DNA of 64,000 bases from a virus. Position 1 is the first letter of the stretch, and each line of letters opens with the position of its first letter. The notes under the pieces are model-generated. The model was not told the origin of the DNA. It saw only the letters and a program-made list of their open reading frames with translations, and did no database searches. The position numbers and the translations under genes are program-made. Below are positions 30,101 to 39,808 of this stretch, piece after piece. Location: the IMG/VR virus record IMGVR_UViG_3300031707_000003, positions 32,001-96,000 of that record; one strand, given 5' to 3'.

Positions 30101-32497
30101 ACCCCCGTAGGCTTCCACGGCACCGAGACCATCATCTCGAACGACTTCCTCCTCCTCGATTCGACAAGTGCGACGGACTTGCCCACGGAGGGCCTCGCCG
30201 GCCTCATCAGCGGGGACTTTAAGGGCTTCGCACGCATCGAGCCGCTTCTTCAAATCGCTGCCGATGTCGTTCTCGACGTGAACGTTACGCTCCGAACATT
30301 CACCCACGGCATCACTCCAAATGCCGTCATGGCAGCCGTGGATGACGGGGAGCTGCTCCTTCAACTCTGCTTCTTCCCCGACCAAGCGGCCCCCAAGGTC
30401 AGTTACGGTGGTCGGTCTCTCCCCGAGGCGTTCTCACCCTATGTGTGGACCCGCCTCGGTGGCGTGGTCCCCACCATGCTTGGGCAGTATCTTCATGTCG
30501 AAGATGCGACCACGCTCGACGGGCTCGTCTACTTCATCGACGACAACAACACGCCGGCCTCGCCCAATCGCGTCGCAGCTTCGAGCAACGACTACATCCT
30601 GGAGTTCCGGGTCCAGGTCGTGTCGCATATGCCAGACGTCTCTGGCTTCTCTGGAGCGACGGCCCAAATCTACGACAGCACCAAATCCATCGGGGCGTTC
30701 CTTCGGGATGTCGCTGGGACCAAGTATGTGACCCTCCACTCGGACGGGGTTCCAGTCGTTGGCGGTCAGTTCGCGTTCAACTGGGACGATGGGAAGTTCC
30801 ACACTTACCGTCTCACCAAGAGCACCCTCGGCAACCTTGTCTCTCTTTCGATCGATGGGGCTCTCGTCGGCTCGGTGGCCTACAGCGTCTTTACCACGCC
30901 CCCCGTCTCCCCCATCGGAGTGACGTCGTTCGGATCCTCAACGCCGGCCAGCATGCAGGCGAAGTCGATCACGAATTGGGCCTACTGCAACGGTTGGCGT
31001 GTACTCCCGTCTCTCAAGCACTTCGTGGGCATCTGGAAGGGTTTCGACTCAACTTCCCTCACTGGGTACCACCTCCCGCTCAAGGTCCAAGGGCGCGGAG
31101 CTTCGGTGGCCGGTAACGGCCTCGGGGATGTCACCGTCAACTTCGTGACCTCGGGCGTGGCCATCGGTGACAAGCTCATCGTTGACGTTGGGCCAAACAA
31201 GGGCGTGTACACAGTTGCTTCGGTGGCAGCCACAACGCTCACGGTCTCAACAGTCTTTCCAGTGGCCCCCTCGGTTGTCGACTACCGCATCGCTGCTGAA
31301 ACGGATTGGACTCTCCCTCACCGCTACCGCATCGTGCGGGACCCTGGCGGCGGGGTGTCTCTCTTCCTCGATACCAACCCAACACCCCTCGTTCGGCTGG
31401 GGTACAACGGCGTCGACCTACCTTCGAGCCTCGTAGGGACCCCGCGCGTGATCGCAGGCGGGCTCCCGTCGATCGTTTGGGGGGCTTTCGATCCGACGAA
31501 TCTATCGCAGACCTCGTGGGACTTCGTACGCTACGGGATCACGCGATCGGTTTCGGAGCAGGGTATCGTCCCCCACCACCAAGTGCTGAACCAGCGGAAC
31601 GTGATGCAGAGCTACGAGCATCACACCACAAACATCCCGCACCCCCACACGGACTTCTGGAGTGAGTCGGAAGGCATCTCGCCGCAGACAGACCCGGACT
31701 TCCTCAGGAACACGGGGCTCACGGCATACACGCTCCTGAACGAAGGGACGCCACTCGTTCCGTTGACCCAGACCTATGAGGTCCGCCGGCCGACCCCCGT
31801 GTATGTATCTGCGTCGTCGTTCAACAACCCCGAGGATCTCCTGAACGATCAGAGCTTCTTGCTGAACACATCCGAACGGTTCATCAAGCTCCTCGTCCCA
31901 GACGATGTCCTCTACAATTGCCTCCAGGTCATCGAGCGGGACACCGGCGAGACGAGCCTCATCGCACCCTTCGATGATGAGTGCGAACCTCACGACATGT
32001 TCGGGACACTCTCGTTCCAGAACACTGTCTGCCTCACTTACGAGGGGAACGTCCTTCCTGAGAACGACACGGCAGCACCGACGCCATGGGCTCGGGTGGA
32101 CGACAATCCTGCCCATGCCTTCTCCTCGGCGTTTGCTGGCATTCTGACGTACGGGACCGATGGGATCGGGACCAAGACGATCTACCGCAACGTCACCCCC
32201 TTGCCTGACCAAATCTCACTCCAGACGGAAGTGAAGTTCAAGATCAAGCTCTTGAGTGATGCGTCAGGTGGGCTCGGGGATACCCAAGTCCGCTTTGGTT
32301 GGTCGTCGCCAGGGATGACGATGGCACTCGCCTTCGTTACCGTGCCCTCGGGGCAGCGCTACGTGCTCATCGTGGATCTCAACAACCAGACCGTGGTAGG
32401 TGGGATCCTCTTCGACTTCAATGACGGCTTGTTCCACACGTACCGTCTTGTACGCGACGTCCTAACTGCCTCCGTCCAAGTCTTCATCGACACCTAA
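27179..32497 (+). CDS. Giant (1772 aa) structural protein with Ig-like, beta-module and four LamG/ConA-like repeats
   Basis: Ig-like 'ITVHFSD...TDPREYSI'; four 'Y.G..(L/P)PE...W' starts and four 'D/NW...H.YR...V.(V/L).(L/I)D' segments. Confidence 0.75.
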   Translation: MAVIIRGGTYGTGTYGTTPFGSRAFDSPGPTLVSSIPVNGAGAVVVGAPITINITSPVELDPWSLSVTVQGQQAVVGGDFVPGGAFDGTIIFDGPDLQILIATHPAFLTGAVAVDTQVTDLAGITNTLSFVFMTSFFETVAVSEIVAVTHATAVALNESVPVLEGLAVSLGTAVSLAETVPLTEVVSAGTLIIVSSEDTLSVTLPLEVLVDGVVDFSNYTIAPLLASDDPPGNSAFPVSIREITPLQAFEQSGSAATVNSSFVLTIADGTFLPGNVGDYLFLSSPLNTTPFLQITAILGPTQVQVNKPLIITDPQNGSIPWTLKSSVQGMLVKITKPTNGGIYRFAVRNLRLAHQSNAIFNIRDFFVAVSSKPQVEGVVVQDDGQITVHFSDLMLSDGALTDPREYSITGPTTVQIVSAASSGVSPDGTTEILLTTTGLGPGSYQLTVNATGTPHDAAGNPIDPTFNQTVFLGASPISSRSIYTDKGPIVKPPLILLSGATATINDAITVTLPTASLTGTMVGLQLVLTGSSTNGGTFLIKAVLSPTKARVIASFHLPDPSNGTISWKVVAPRDGEIADDPTDVVVRINGVPVAAQAVAGLLGQIVMSTPPVHGSEVRVDYNWVCNPVVDFRRMNSKEFRFNNWNRDNGRPNDTSRHKYRFNNTLVKPSSFVPLDMRALLDQPLLRDLKYRAYERAYTPTLNDPNLLLFNSPTNHIAFPPLSRPTDAVFINYQATVLPELEPTNPWVRYGTGSATINIDELIVQDTSTGPFPTGNPIFWTRPIDLTFPHVFAAAWRMTLNAAPLTEGVFTGVAAGYSTDQKAIVVGYIVDAGVKKIGFLKAGSGNDPSTLAAWGGGLDGLGNPTGLPAALDWSTLHSYRISRDRDGNVRVFLDGSVVEILRMTEAELPFLAELNDPFNALEGVFFGSLSRPATSTSTWNFMRYAILPLNPFQSSPSVFVSYEGTTPPEVASDPWTPVGFHGTETIISNDFLLLDSTSATDLPTEGLAGLISGDFKGFARIEPLLQIAADVVLDVNVTLRTFTHGITPNAVMAAVDDGELLLQLCFFPDQAAPKVSYGGRSLPEAFSPYVWTRLGGVVPTMLGQYLHVEDATTLDGLVYFIDDNNTPASPNRVAASSNDYILEFRVQVVSHMPDVSGFSGATAQIYDSTKSIGAFLRDVAGTKYVTLHSDGVPVVGGQFAFNWDDGKFHTYRLTKSTLGNLVSLSIDGALVGSVAYSVFTTPPVSPIGVTSFGSSTPASMQAKSITNWAYCNGWRVLPSLKHFVGIWKGFDSTSLTGYHLPLKVQGRGASVAGNGLGDVTVNFVTSGVAIGDKLIVDVGPNKGVYTVASVAATTLTVSTVFPVAPSVVDYRIAAETDWTLPHRYRIVRDPGGGVSLFLDTNPTPLVRLGYNGVDLPSSLVGTPRVIAGGLPSIVWGAFDPTNLSQTSWDFVRYGITRSVSEQGIVPHHQVLNQRNVMQSYEHHTTNIPHPHTDFWSESEGISPQTDPDFLRNTGLTAYTLLNEGTPLVPLTQTYEVRRPTPVYVSASSFNNPEDLLNDQSFLLNTSERFIKLLVPDDVLYNCLQVIERDTGETSLIAPFDDECEPHDMFGTLSFQNTVCLTYEGNVLPENDTAAPTPWARVDDNPAHAFSSAFAGILTYGTDGIGTKTIYRNVTPLPDQISLQTEVKFKIKLLSDASGGLGDTQVRFGWSSPGMTMALAFVTVPSGQRYVLIVDLNNQTVVGGILFDFNDGLFHTYRLVRDVLTASVQVFIDT

Positions 32498-32500
32498 CCG

Positions 32501-34234
32501 ATGCCCCTCATTGCCATCAGCGCCTCTATCATTGCTGACTCGTCGATCGCGGCGGGGGCAACACTTCCCCGTCCCGGTTACGGCACTGGGTCGTACGGCG
32601 GTGGCCCCTACGGCAGCATCCTGGGTACGGCACTCGATGCGTCTATCGGAGCCGATTCGGTATTTTCCGCGACGCTGATCAACAAGATCCAGATCGCCGC
32701 ATCCCTGATCGCCAATTCGGCCTTCGCAGGGGTGAATGCTTCGATCGTCCAGGACGCTTCGGCCATCCTTGGAGACTCCACATGTGATGGCTATCTAAGT
32801 GGCGGCACTCCGGTCACGGTTCAGCGGTCCGGCAATTTTGGGACCGGGGATTTGGGTATTGGCCCGTACGGAGGGGCATCACCTCTTCTCCAGGTCGAAG
32901 GGGCAACATCGCTCAGTCTGACCTCCGTTAGCGTTGCGTTCACTGACCTCCTTGATTTTACGTTCTTGCCCGCTTTGGTGCCGGGTAACTACTCCATCTC
33001 ACCCCCTTTGACGATTTTGGGGGTCGTCCCACAAAGCGCGAAGTCCGTCATCCTCCTGACGACGACGCAAGCCAACATCTCGTACACGGTCACGGTTCAA
33101 GCGGCGAAGAGCCTGAGTCTCAATTTCCTCGACCTGACTCACAACCAAGCGACCTTCACGGGTTCGCTACAGAGCCCGACCTTTTTCGGGGTTGCTACGG
33201 GACCAACACGTGTCCGCGCTGTCTTTGCCCAACCCATGTTGTTGGATGTGAATCTGACGAACCCTGCAAATTACACGGTGCAGGACATCGACGGCACCAA
33301 TCTCCCTGTACTCTCCGCAACGTCGGAGCAGGCGACAAATCCTACTTCTGTTCTGCTCACGCTTGGCGTGGCCCTCACCACCCAGACCTTCTACGATCTC
33401 ACTCTTGCGGCAAGCATCCAGACGAACGGTGGGCAGTCGGTTGAACCCCCCACGTCTGTGTTCCAGTGGGTCTCCTCACTGGGTCAGGTATCGATTCCGG
33501 AGGGCGCCTTTTCGGGGGAAGTCCTAAACGGCCTTTTTGGTATCCACAACGGCCTGGTCTTTTTCTCTCCGGCTCTGGTCAACTCGGCGGCCAATTCGAT
33601 CATCCAGGTCGATGAGGTTGATGTCTGCACCAAGGCTTACGACGAGTACCACTTCCCCCAACCGGTCGACCCGCCGCCATTTTTCACACACGGGGGAGGG
33701 CTCTACCCGACCCCTCCGTCGTTCCTCAACTCTCCGTCGGTTCTATGGGTAGACTTTCCCCTGCTCTTCGAGGCGAAGCTCGAACTTGGGTTCCACCCGA
33801 ACGACATCATGCCTCAGGCGGTCGATGGGGCGGTCTCCGTGACCTTCCAGGAGCCCTGGACTCCAAGTCGAGTCGCACTGCTCAACAACACGGCCTGGTA
33901 CCTCTTCAATAACACGGGGTTGACGGTCCCTCCGACCTTCATCACGGCGGATAACCTGACTCCCATCCCGCCGGGGCCGACAAGCATCCTGATTCTGCAC
34001 GCACCGATGGACGGCGGTTCTAGCTTTGCGGGTACGCCTACAGCCGCATGGGCGGGAGCGGCTCAGTTCCAGGCCAACTCGACCATGATCGGGGTACCTA
34101 TCCCCGATGTTCCCATCCTCACGGGGCCCGTAGGGAACGCCAACGTCACAGCCGCAGCAACGGTGACGTACCATCCGACCCTTCCCATGCTGGCGGATTC
34201 GTTCGTCTCGGCGACCCTCTCCAAGTTCCCGTAG
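32501..34234 (+). CDS. Structural protein with two Ig-like domains and ~20-aa fibre-like repeats
   Basis: Ig-like 'VSVAFTD...PGNYSI' and 'VRAVFAQP...NPANYTV'; repeats such as 'ASIIADSSI', 'ASIGADSVF' and 'ASLIANSAF'; two YG..PYG motifs. Confidence 0.65.
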   Translation: MPLIAISASIIADSSIAAGATLPRPGYGTGSYGGGPYGSILGTALDASIGADSVFSATLINKIQIAASLIANSAFAGVNASIVQDASAILGDSTCDGYLSGGTPVTVQRSGNFGTGDLGIGPYGGASPLLQVEGATSLSLTSVSVAFTDLLDFTFLPALVPGNYSISPPLTILGVVPQSAKSVILLTTTQANISYTVTVQAAKSLSLNFLDLTHNQATFTGSLQSPTFFGVATGPTRVRAVFAQPMLLDVNLTNPANYTVQDIDGTNLPVLSATSEQATNPTSVLLTLGVALTTQTFYDLTLAASIQTNGGQSVEPPTSVFQWVSSLGQVSIPEGAFSGEVLNGLFGIHNGLVFFSPALVNSAANSIIQVDEVDVCTKAYDEYHFPQPVDPPPFFTHGGGLYPTPPSFLNSPSVLWVDFPLLFEAKLELGFHPNDIMPQAVDGAVSVTFQEPWTPSRVALLNNTAWYLFNNTGLTVPPTFITADNLTPIPPGPTSILILHAPMDGGSSFAGTPTAAWAGAAQFQANSTMIGVPIPDVPILTGPVGNANVTAAATVTYHPTLPMLADSFVSATLSKFP

Positions 34235-34236
34235 AA

Positions 34237-34248
34237 AGCTCTTATGCG
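34237..34248 (+). promoter_or_regulatory. Putative late promoter motif
   Basis: AGCTCTTATGCG upstream of 34286. Confidence 0.4.
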
Positions 34249-34285
34249 GGCACTCCGATGACTCACACGCGTCGTATCGGAGGAA

Positions 34286-34939
34286 ATGAAGATGAAGAGT
34301 CGCGAGGCCTTGCCCCGCCCCGTAGACGTACCGCCCGCGTTCGTGATGCGGCCGGTCCACCACGAGGACTTCAGCCGCTACTATATCCGTGGCGACGTTT
34401 TCATCGAGGTGCGGGACGGTTCGACTGGAGCGCTTCAGGAGAAGCGTGAACTCCTCAACCTTGTGGTTCTTGACGCGTCGATTTTGATCGCGCGGCTCAT
34501 GAAGAACAACCAGGAGCCTCCGCACGGGATTTTTGCCCTCGCGGTTGGCACCGGAGACGTCGGCTGGAACCCGATGAGTCCGCCTGCCCCCACGAATACG
34601 CAGCGTGCGCTCTACTCCGAGTTGGCTCGCAAGACGTTCGCCAACACTCAGTTCATCGACACCGGGGGTGTCCCCACGGCGATCCCCACGCGCGTCGTCG
34701 ACTTCACGACGACCTATGCGGAAGCTGAGGCGGTTGGTCCGCTCGTCGAGATGGGCCTCATTGGAGGCAACGTCAACTCGAACCTGTCGATCCGCAATCC
34801 TGTCCTACCGCCCAACGGCCCGTACAACGCGACCGTTGACCTCACCACGAAGGATACGTTGGTGAATTACTTGACGTTTCCTGTCATCAACAAGCCTCCT
34901 ACGAGCACGCTGACCATCGTGTGGCGGCTGACCTTCTGA
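34286..34939 (+). CDS. Tail-collar/fibre N-terminal-like protein (paralog 2)
   Basis: Pattern 'NLVV...AVGTG...Q.AL..ELARK...EA.G.LVEMGLIGG...INK....LTIVWRLTF'; GGAGG RBS. Confidence 0.65.
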   Translation: MKMKSREALPRPVDVPPAFVMRPVHHEDFSRYYIRGDVFIEVRDGSTGALQEKRELLNLVVLDASILIARLMKNNQEPPHGIFALAVGTGDVGWNPMSPPAPTNTQRALYSELARKTFANTQFIDTGGVPTAIPTRVVDFTTTYAEAEAVGPLVEMGLIGGNVNSNLSIRNPVLPPNGPYNATVDLTTKDTLVNYLTFPVINKPPTSTLTIVWRLTF

Positions 34940-34946
34940 GGGACGC

Positions 34947-37550
34947 ATGAGCGGGAAAAACTACGGACCCTCCGTCTCGGGCTACCTCGACCCCACTGGT
35001 CGAAATTGGGAAACTGCTGTTTTCCAAGCGGGGAAGCCCGTTCTCGACAAGGAGTTGAATCTTCAACAGGACCTCGATGAAGGGTTCGGCCAGACCTCCC
35101 TTCGTCGCGCTATCCCGAGTGGGTGGCTTTCGGACGACTTCCTCACCTCGTCCAGCTCAACCTCTGCGATTTTCACATCTCTCCCCACAACCTCGAACAC
35201 ACTCCAGATCCCCAACGGTCTGACGGCTCACGTCAACGGCTGGATGCTGAAGATTCAGCAGACGAACGCCACGGGCTCGAACCGACTCAACCTTGGTGCT
35301 GGTCCGGTGGGCAACGGTGTCCGTCGGATCGACATTGTGGTCCTGGAGGTGTGGCGCAAGCTCATCTCGGCGGGCCCTAGCACGGACGGTAAGAGCGTCC
35401 TCGCTCGAATCTGGCAGCAGGGCAACGTCAAGACGGATCCGGCGAACGATGCTGTCCTCAACTTCACGGACGACATCCTCGATACCAACGTGGGGTCTGA
35501 GTCGACGAAGCGTGTTCAGGTCCAATACCGCCTCCGCGTTCTCAACACGGTCGACCTCTTCGCGTTCCCCTACGGCCTCGATGATCCGTCCGTGTTCGCT
35601 CGATCCGTGCCACCGAACGCGGCCACGCCTGACGGCACGGCCACCATTTTCTCGTACGTGAATCAGTCGGCGAACGGAGATCCGGGTCTTTGGATCGCAG
35701 GGGACGGTAACCCGGCGAACACGCTCGGTACGGTTGATGGGCTCATGTACGCCATCCCGCTCATGGGTGTGTTCCGGCGCAACACGAACGCGTTCGATCG
35801 TCGTCTGAACCACAACGGCGGCGTGGCCTTCGGCGGGCCTTCGGATCGACCCGACGGCTTCTTCAACGACATCTTCGTTGCTCGTGACCTTGTGGACCTC
35901 CGCATGGGAGTGGACCCCAACGGTTGGAATTTCACGGAGGTGCTGGAGAAGAACGCGAACTACGTCTTCGACAACAACCTCTTCACGGAATACATGGACA
36001 CGTCCCCTTTTGGTGGCGGGTACCAGGGGACGACCCCCTTCGTGGCTGACGAGATCGGCTTGTCGAACGTCCACGGCGGGGACGGTATTACGACTGGAAC
36101 CACCGGCGTTGGCGAGTTCGTCGGTGAATTCGACGCCATCCGTCGTCGGTTCTCCGGTCGTGCGATCTACGAAACGGTCACGGTGGCAATCGCCGCACCC
36201 TTCGGCGGCTGGGTCGGCGGGGATGTCGTTACGATCGACCCTACGGCATTGGCGGTCTACCCCTACGCGGCCTTCAACTGGGCCTCATTCGCACCGTCAA
36301 CCGTGGTCCTCCACGACGTCGTGGACGCGTGGTGGATCGGTGCGGGCGGTCAAAAGACCGAGCAAGCGACGCCCTACATCGCATCGATCACGAGCCTCGG
36401 AGCGATTCCCGTGGTGCCGTTGACGCTGACTACGGTAGGGGTCGTCCCGGCGGGTCTCACGACCGAAGTGCTCTACGTCGACCTACTCATCGCGTATCCG
36501 ACGGGTGTGGGGCTGTCCAAGACACCAACCGGCACGTTCGGTGCGGCTACCTTCTTCATCAACAACCCTGTCCAACTCCCGGCAATTGCCCCTGTCTCGT
36601 TCAGCGCATTCCAGAACGAGACCATCGACGCAACGCACCGGGAAGCCCAGGTTGAGTACTCGACGGTCAGCCTCACCATCATCATCGCGGCGAACACTGC
36701 GATCGTTGGCGACTCGACCTTCAAGCTCCGGGAGCGGGCACTGACGATCGTGACGGTCCTCAAGAATGCTGTCCCTATCGTGGGCTCAGCAACGCTTGAT
36801 GCCACGGGCCGCATCGTCACGCTCTCGAACGTGGCGGACTTCACAAGCCCAGGTGACACGCTCGATGTCACGTATACCGCGATCCGCCCGCTGCCGCAAA
36901 ACGGCGAGCAGATGACCTTCTACTACGAGGCCAGGGCTCCCCAAGCAGTCCGAACCGCCGTCCTCAGTACGAGCATCACGGTCATCCCCAAGTGCATCTC
37001 CCAAGGGCTCTACCTCATCGCATGCGGGAGCGGGTCTCAGGACGAGGGGTATCCGTTCCCACAGGCCTACGTTCAGACGGGTGGCATCTACCCGACCTCG
37101 ACGGGCACGTACACGGGTGAGGGTGAACTCTCAGCTCACGCGGACGTGGCGATCACCGACTTCAGCGCTGCGACGGGCTTTCTCCGTCTCCCCATCTTCG
37201 TCCCGATGGTGGCGAACCCCGATGCGCTCGTTTTCAATCGGAGCGTGGTCGATACGGACATCGAGGGGAGAAGTTTCTTCAAGTCCGTCCCGGCGGGGTA
37301 TATCCCCAACGCGTATGGGCAAGACCTCTCCGACTCCAAGCGGCACAAGGATGTCCTGCCTATGCTTTGCGAGCTAGCGGCGGATTCCATCATGGGGCGT
37401 CGCGGCCAGCTCGTTCTCGTCCTGATGATCCGCTACGCGCTCTTCGACGAGAAGAACGACGTCGCCTTCAACCCAAACCTCACGCAGAACACCACAACCG
37501 CAGCCGTGTTCCGCATCAAGGGCAACCTGCTCGGGAAGAGGGTCGTCTGA
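34947..37550 (+). CDS. Tail fibre/baseplate anchor protein (paralog of 44229-48611)
   Basis: N-terminal 'FQAGKPVLDKELNLQQD' and extensive colinear similarity to the 44229 ORF. Confidence 0.65.
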   Translation: MSGKNYGPSVSGYLDPTGRNWETAVFQAGKPVLDKELNLQQDLDEGFGQTSLRRAIPSGWLSDDFLTSSSSTSAIFTSLPTTSNTLQIPNGLTAHVNGWMLKIQQTNATGSNRLNLGAGPVGNGVRRIDIVVLEVWRKLISAGPSTDGKSVLARIWQQGNVKTDPANDAVLNFTDDILDTNVGSESTKRVQVQYRLRVLNTVDLFAFPYGLDDPSVFARSVPPNAATPDGTATIFSYVNQSANGDPGLWIAGDGNPANTLGTVDGLMYAIPLMGVFRRNTNAFDRRLNHNGGVAFGGPSDRPDGFFNDIFVARDLVDLRMGVDPNGWNFTEVLEKNANYVFDNNLFTEYMDTSPFGGGYQGTTPFVADEIGLSNVHGGDGITTGTTGVGEFVGEFDAIRRRFSGRAIYETVTVAIAAPFGGWVGGDVVTIDPTALAVYPYAAFNWASFAPSTVVLHDVVDAWWIGAGGQKTEQATPYIASITSLGAIPVVPLTLTTVGVVPAGLTTEVLYVDLLIAYPTGVGLSKTPTGTFGAATFFINNPVQLPAIAPVSFSAFQNETIDATHREAQVEYSTVSLTIIIAANTAIVGDSTFKLRERALTIVTVLKNAVPIVGSATLDATGRIVTLSNVADFTSPGDTLDVTYTAIRPLPQNGEQMTFYYEARAPQAVRTAVLSTSITVIPKCISQGLYLIACGSGSQDEGYPFPQAYVQTGGIYPTSTGTYTGEGELSAHADVAITDFSAATGFLRLPIFVPMVANPDALVFNRSVVDTDIEGRSFFKSVPAGYIPNAYGQDLSDSKRHKDVLPMLCELAADSIMGRRGQLVLVLMIRYALFDEKNDVAFNPNLTQNTTTAAVFRIKGNLLGKRVV

Positions 37551-39751
37551 TGCCGTCTACCAAAGACCCCAACATCGTTGTTCAAGCTGGGCCCGGTCGC
37601 CTTCCGGCCGGCGTCGTTCCCGCTGGTGCGCTCCTCTTCCCGCCTGGTGGTGGCTCAGGTGCGGCTCTCCAAGCGCATATCACGGACCCCATCGACGCCC
37701 ACATGGCGTCGGCGATCGGCATCAACCCGTTCTACCCCCCGACGGGAGCCCCGATCCTTTCCAGCGTCGGCGGTGTTGTCGACGGCGAGAACGTCCTCGA
37801 CTTCATCAACGAGTTCAAGGATCTCATCCCGGTTCGACCCAACTCCATCGGCTTCAACGTGGTGTCGGCGGGTACCTCGGGTATCCCCAACTGGGATCTG
37901 CTCAACGCTCTCGGTGTCGGCACTGGAACGGCCGTTACGGGCGGATACAAGAACGGGGCGAACGTCGAGTTCAGCCACTACCTCGTACCGGTGGGCACGA
38001 CAACATTCACGCCCTCGGGGCTGGTCTTCCCATCGGATCGTGGGGTCATCGCGCTCTACAAGAACACGGATGGAAACTTCTTCAACGCGGGCGCTACGAC
38101 GTTGGTGGCAGCTCTCTGGTTGGGAGATTCCCCCTCTCCTGCGGGTATCCCCGACGCGGCGTTCAATGAGCTGCTTCGAAGCGTTCAGCAGCTCAACTAC
38201 GTGGCCACGAACGCGGGCATCGACTTCTTCAACCTGACCTTCCGGTTGCCTTACCTGGCGAACTACGCTCCGTATCCCGGCACACCGTACGGCCCGTTCG
38301 GACAGCCGTTCTTTGGGTACCAGCTCTCGGTTTTCGCGCTTCCTGCCCAATCGGTCGCCGCTGGGGATGCCCAAAACTTCCTCTTCGTGCATTGGAAGGA
38401 GACGTACGCGACGAGCCTTGCGGCTATCCAGCCTGCTGGCCTCACGCTCGTGAACCTTGTTTCCTCGAAGGCCTACTCGGCGGTGCCCGTCGCGGGTAAC
38501 TTCGACGACAACACACAGGCGATTTACAACGCCAACCGTCACCATGTCTTCAACGACACGGCCTCGGCGACTGCTCCCACGGGGAACACCTTCACCTCGT
38601 TGGCTGCAAACGCCCCCGCTACGGTTCAATATTCTGGGGTGACGTTTACGAATGTCAACACGCTCCAATTTGACCTCACGCTGGCGGCCAACGACCTATT
38701 CGACAACAGCTTCGAGACGGGGTCGGTCGTCAACCCGCCCAACGTGCCCGCACAGTTCAACTCCCTCAACGATCCGATGAACATCGGCTTCGGTAACTTC
38801 GGAGGGGGGACTCTGTTGGTCCCGTACAATCAACTCCGCAAGCAGGGTGTACCGCCGAATTATTCACCAACGAACGCCCCCCTCCTGGCGGATATCGGGG
38901 AGTACATCAACGCAACGTTGGCGATTTTTACCCCTGCTACGAACTTCACACCCAACAACACCCTTGGGCACAGCGCTCTGACGGCTTCGTTCTTCAAGCC
39001 GTTCAACTCGGGTTCGGCCTCCGATGTGAGCAAGCGCTATCTCTACAACTCGTTCCCGGCGGCGGGCGGCGCGGCGGGAAGTGCAACCACGACGCTCGAA
39101 ACGTTCGTGGATGAGCACTATCGCTACACCTCGACCCACGTGCCGCTAGCTACGAACACCATCATCCCCACGTCCCCGTATGTCTCAGCGACATCCTTGG
39201 TCGTGGACACGGACAGCTCTCAGATCGTCACGAACAACCTGACCTACCCCCAAATTGATTGGTCAGCGGCCACCTACTTCCCGGCGGTCAGCCCCAACTA
39301 CTCTGGCCTCCCTGGTTCCGATGGTGTGAACCACCTTCGCCGGCACCTCCGGGCGGTCAACACGGGCATTGCCCGCAACACGGGCAAGCTCCGGCTCAGG
39401 TTCTCCATTGGAGGGCAGGCGTCTTTCACCACCGACGCGGCCTTCGACGGGACGGAGACCACGGGGCACATCACGGGCGGTATGATCGTTCAGGTGATGG
39501 TCCCCGGCGTCACGGGATGGCTCGATATCGGTCGCGCCCTTGGCGACCCTGGTGTCGCGACGCTCGACTTCTACGGGTGTTCTACGGGTGTTCTTGTTTC
39601 GGGTCCTGACGTCACCGTTTCGTTCCAGACAACAGCGTTCACGGCAAACAACGGTAGCGGTGAGTACCCCCTCTTCGTGAGGGTCTCACTCCTCAACAAC
39701 GTGGCTGGGCTCGCGATTTGGCTCGACGAAGTGGAGTGGCTCGCCCCGTAA
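37550..39751 (+). CDS. Structural/tail-fibre-like protein
   Basis: The true start is probably ATG 37550 (TGATG overlap). Fibre-like motif 'LQAHITDPIDAHMASAI'; beta-rich composition. Confidence 0.65.
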   Translation: MPSTKDPNIVVQAGPGRLPAGVVPAGALLFPPGGGSGAALQAHITDPIDAHMASAIGINPFYPPTGAPILSSVGGVVDGENVLDFINEFKDLIPVRPNSIGFNVVSAGTSGIPNWDLLNALGVGTGTAVTGGYKNGANVEFSHYLVPVGTTTFTPSGLVFPSDRGVIALYKNTDGNFFNAGATTLVAALWLGDSPSPAGIPDAAFNELLRSVQQLNYVATNAGIDFFNLTFRLPYLANYAPYPGTPYGPFGQPFFGYQLSVFALPAQSVAAGDAQNFLFVHWKETYATSLAAIQPAGLTLVNLVSSKAYSAVPVAGNFDDNTQAIYNANRHHVFNDTASATAPTGNTFTSLAANAPATVQYSGVTFTNVNTLQFDLTLAANDLFDNSFETGSVVNPPNVPAQFNSLNDPMNIGFGNFGGGTLLVPYNQLRKQGVPPNYSPTNAPLLADIGEYINATLAIFTPATNFTPNNTLGHSALTASFFKPFNSGSASDVSKRYLYNSFPAAGGAAGSATTTLETFVDEHYRYTSTHVPLATNTIIPTSPYVSATSLVVDTDSSQIVTNNLTYPQIDWSAATYFPAVSPNYSGLPGSDGVNHLRRHLRAVNTGIARNTGKLRLRFSIGGQASFTTDAAFDGTETTGHITGGMIVQVMVPGVTGWLDIGRALGDPGVATLDFYGCSTGVLVSGPDVTVSFQTTAFTANNGSGEYPLFVRVSLLNNVAGLAIWLDEVEWLAP

Positions 39752-39770
39752 CCTCGCCGTGACGTCGTAG

Positions 39771-39781
39771 AGCTTTTATCG
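39771..39781 (+). promoter_or_regulatory. Putative late promoter motif
   Basis: AGCTTTTATCG upstream of the tailspike gene at 39809. Confidence 0.4.
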
Positions 39782-39808
39782 ATCGATAGGATGAGCAAGG
39801 GATAGACC

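Noticed and set aside
37367-37549. Upstream extensions given in the ORF track (37367, 43452, 50708, 50869, 53082, 23992)
   Set aside because: They overlap upstream genes or putative promoters; downstream starts with an RBS or TGATG coupling fit better.
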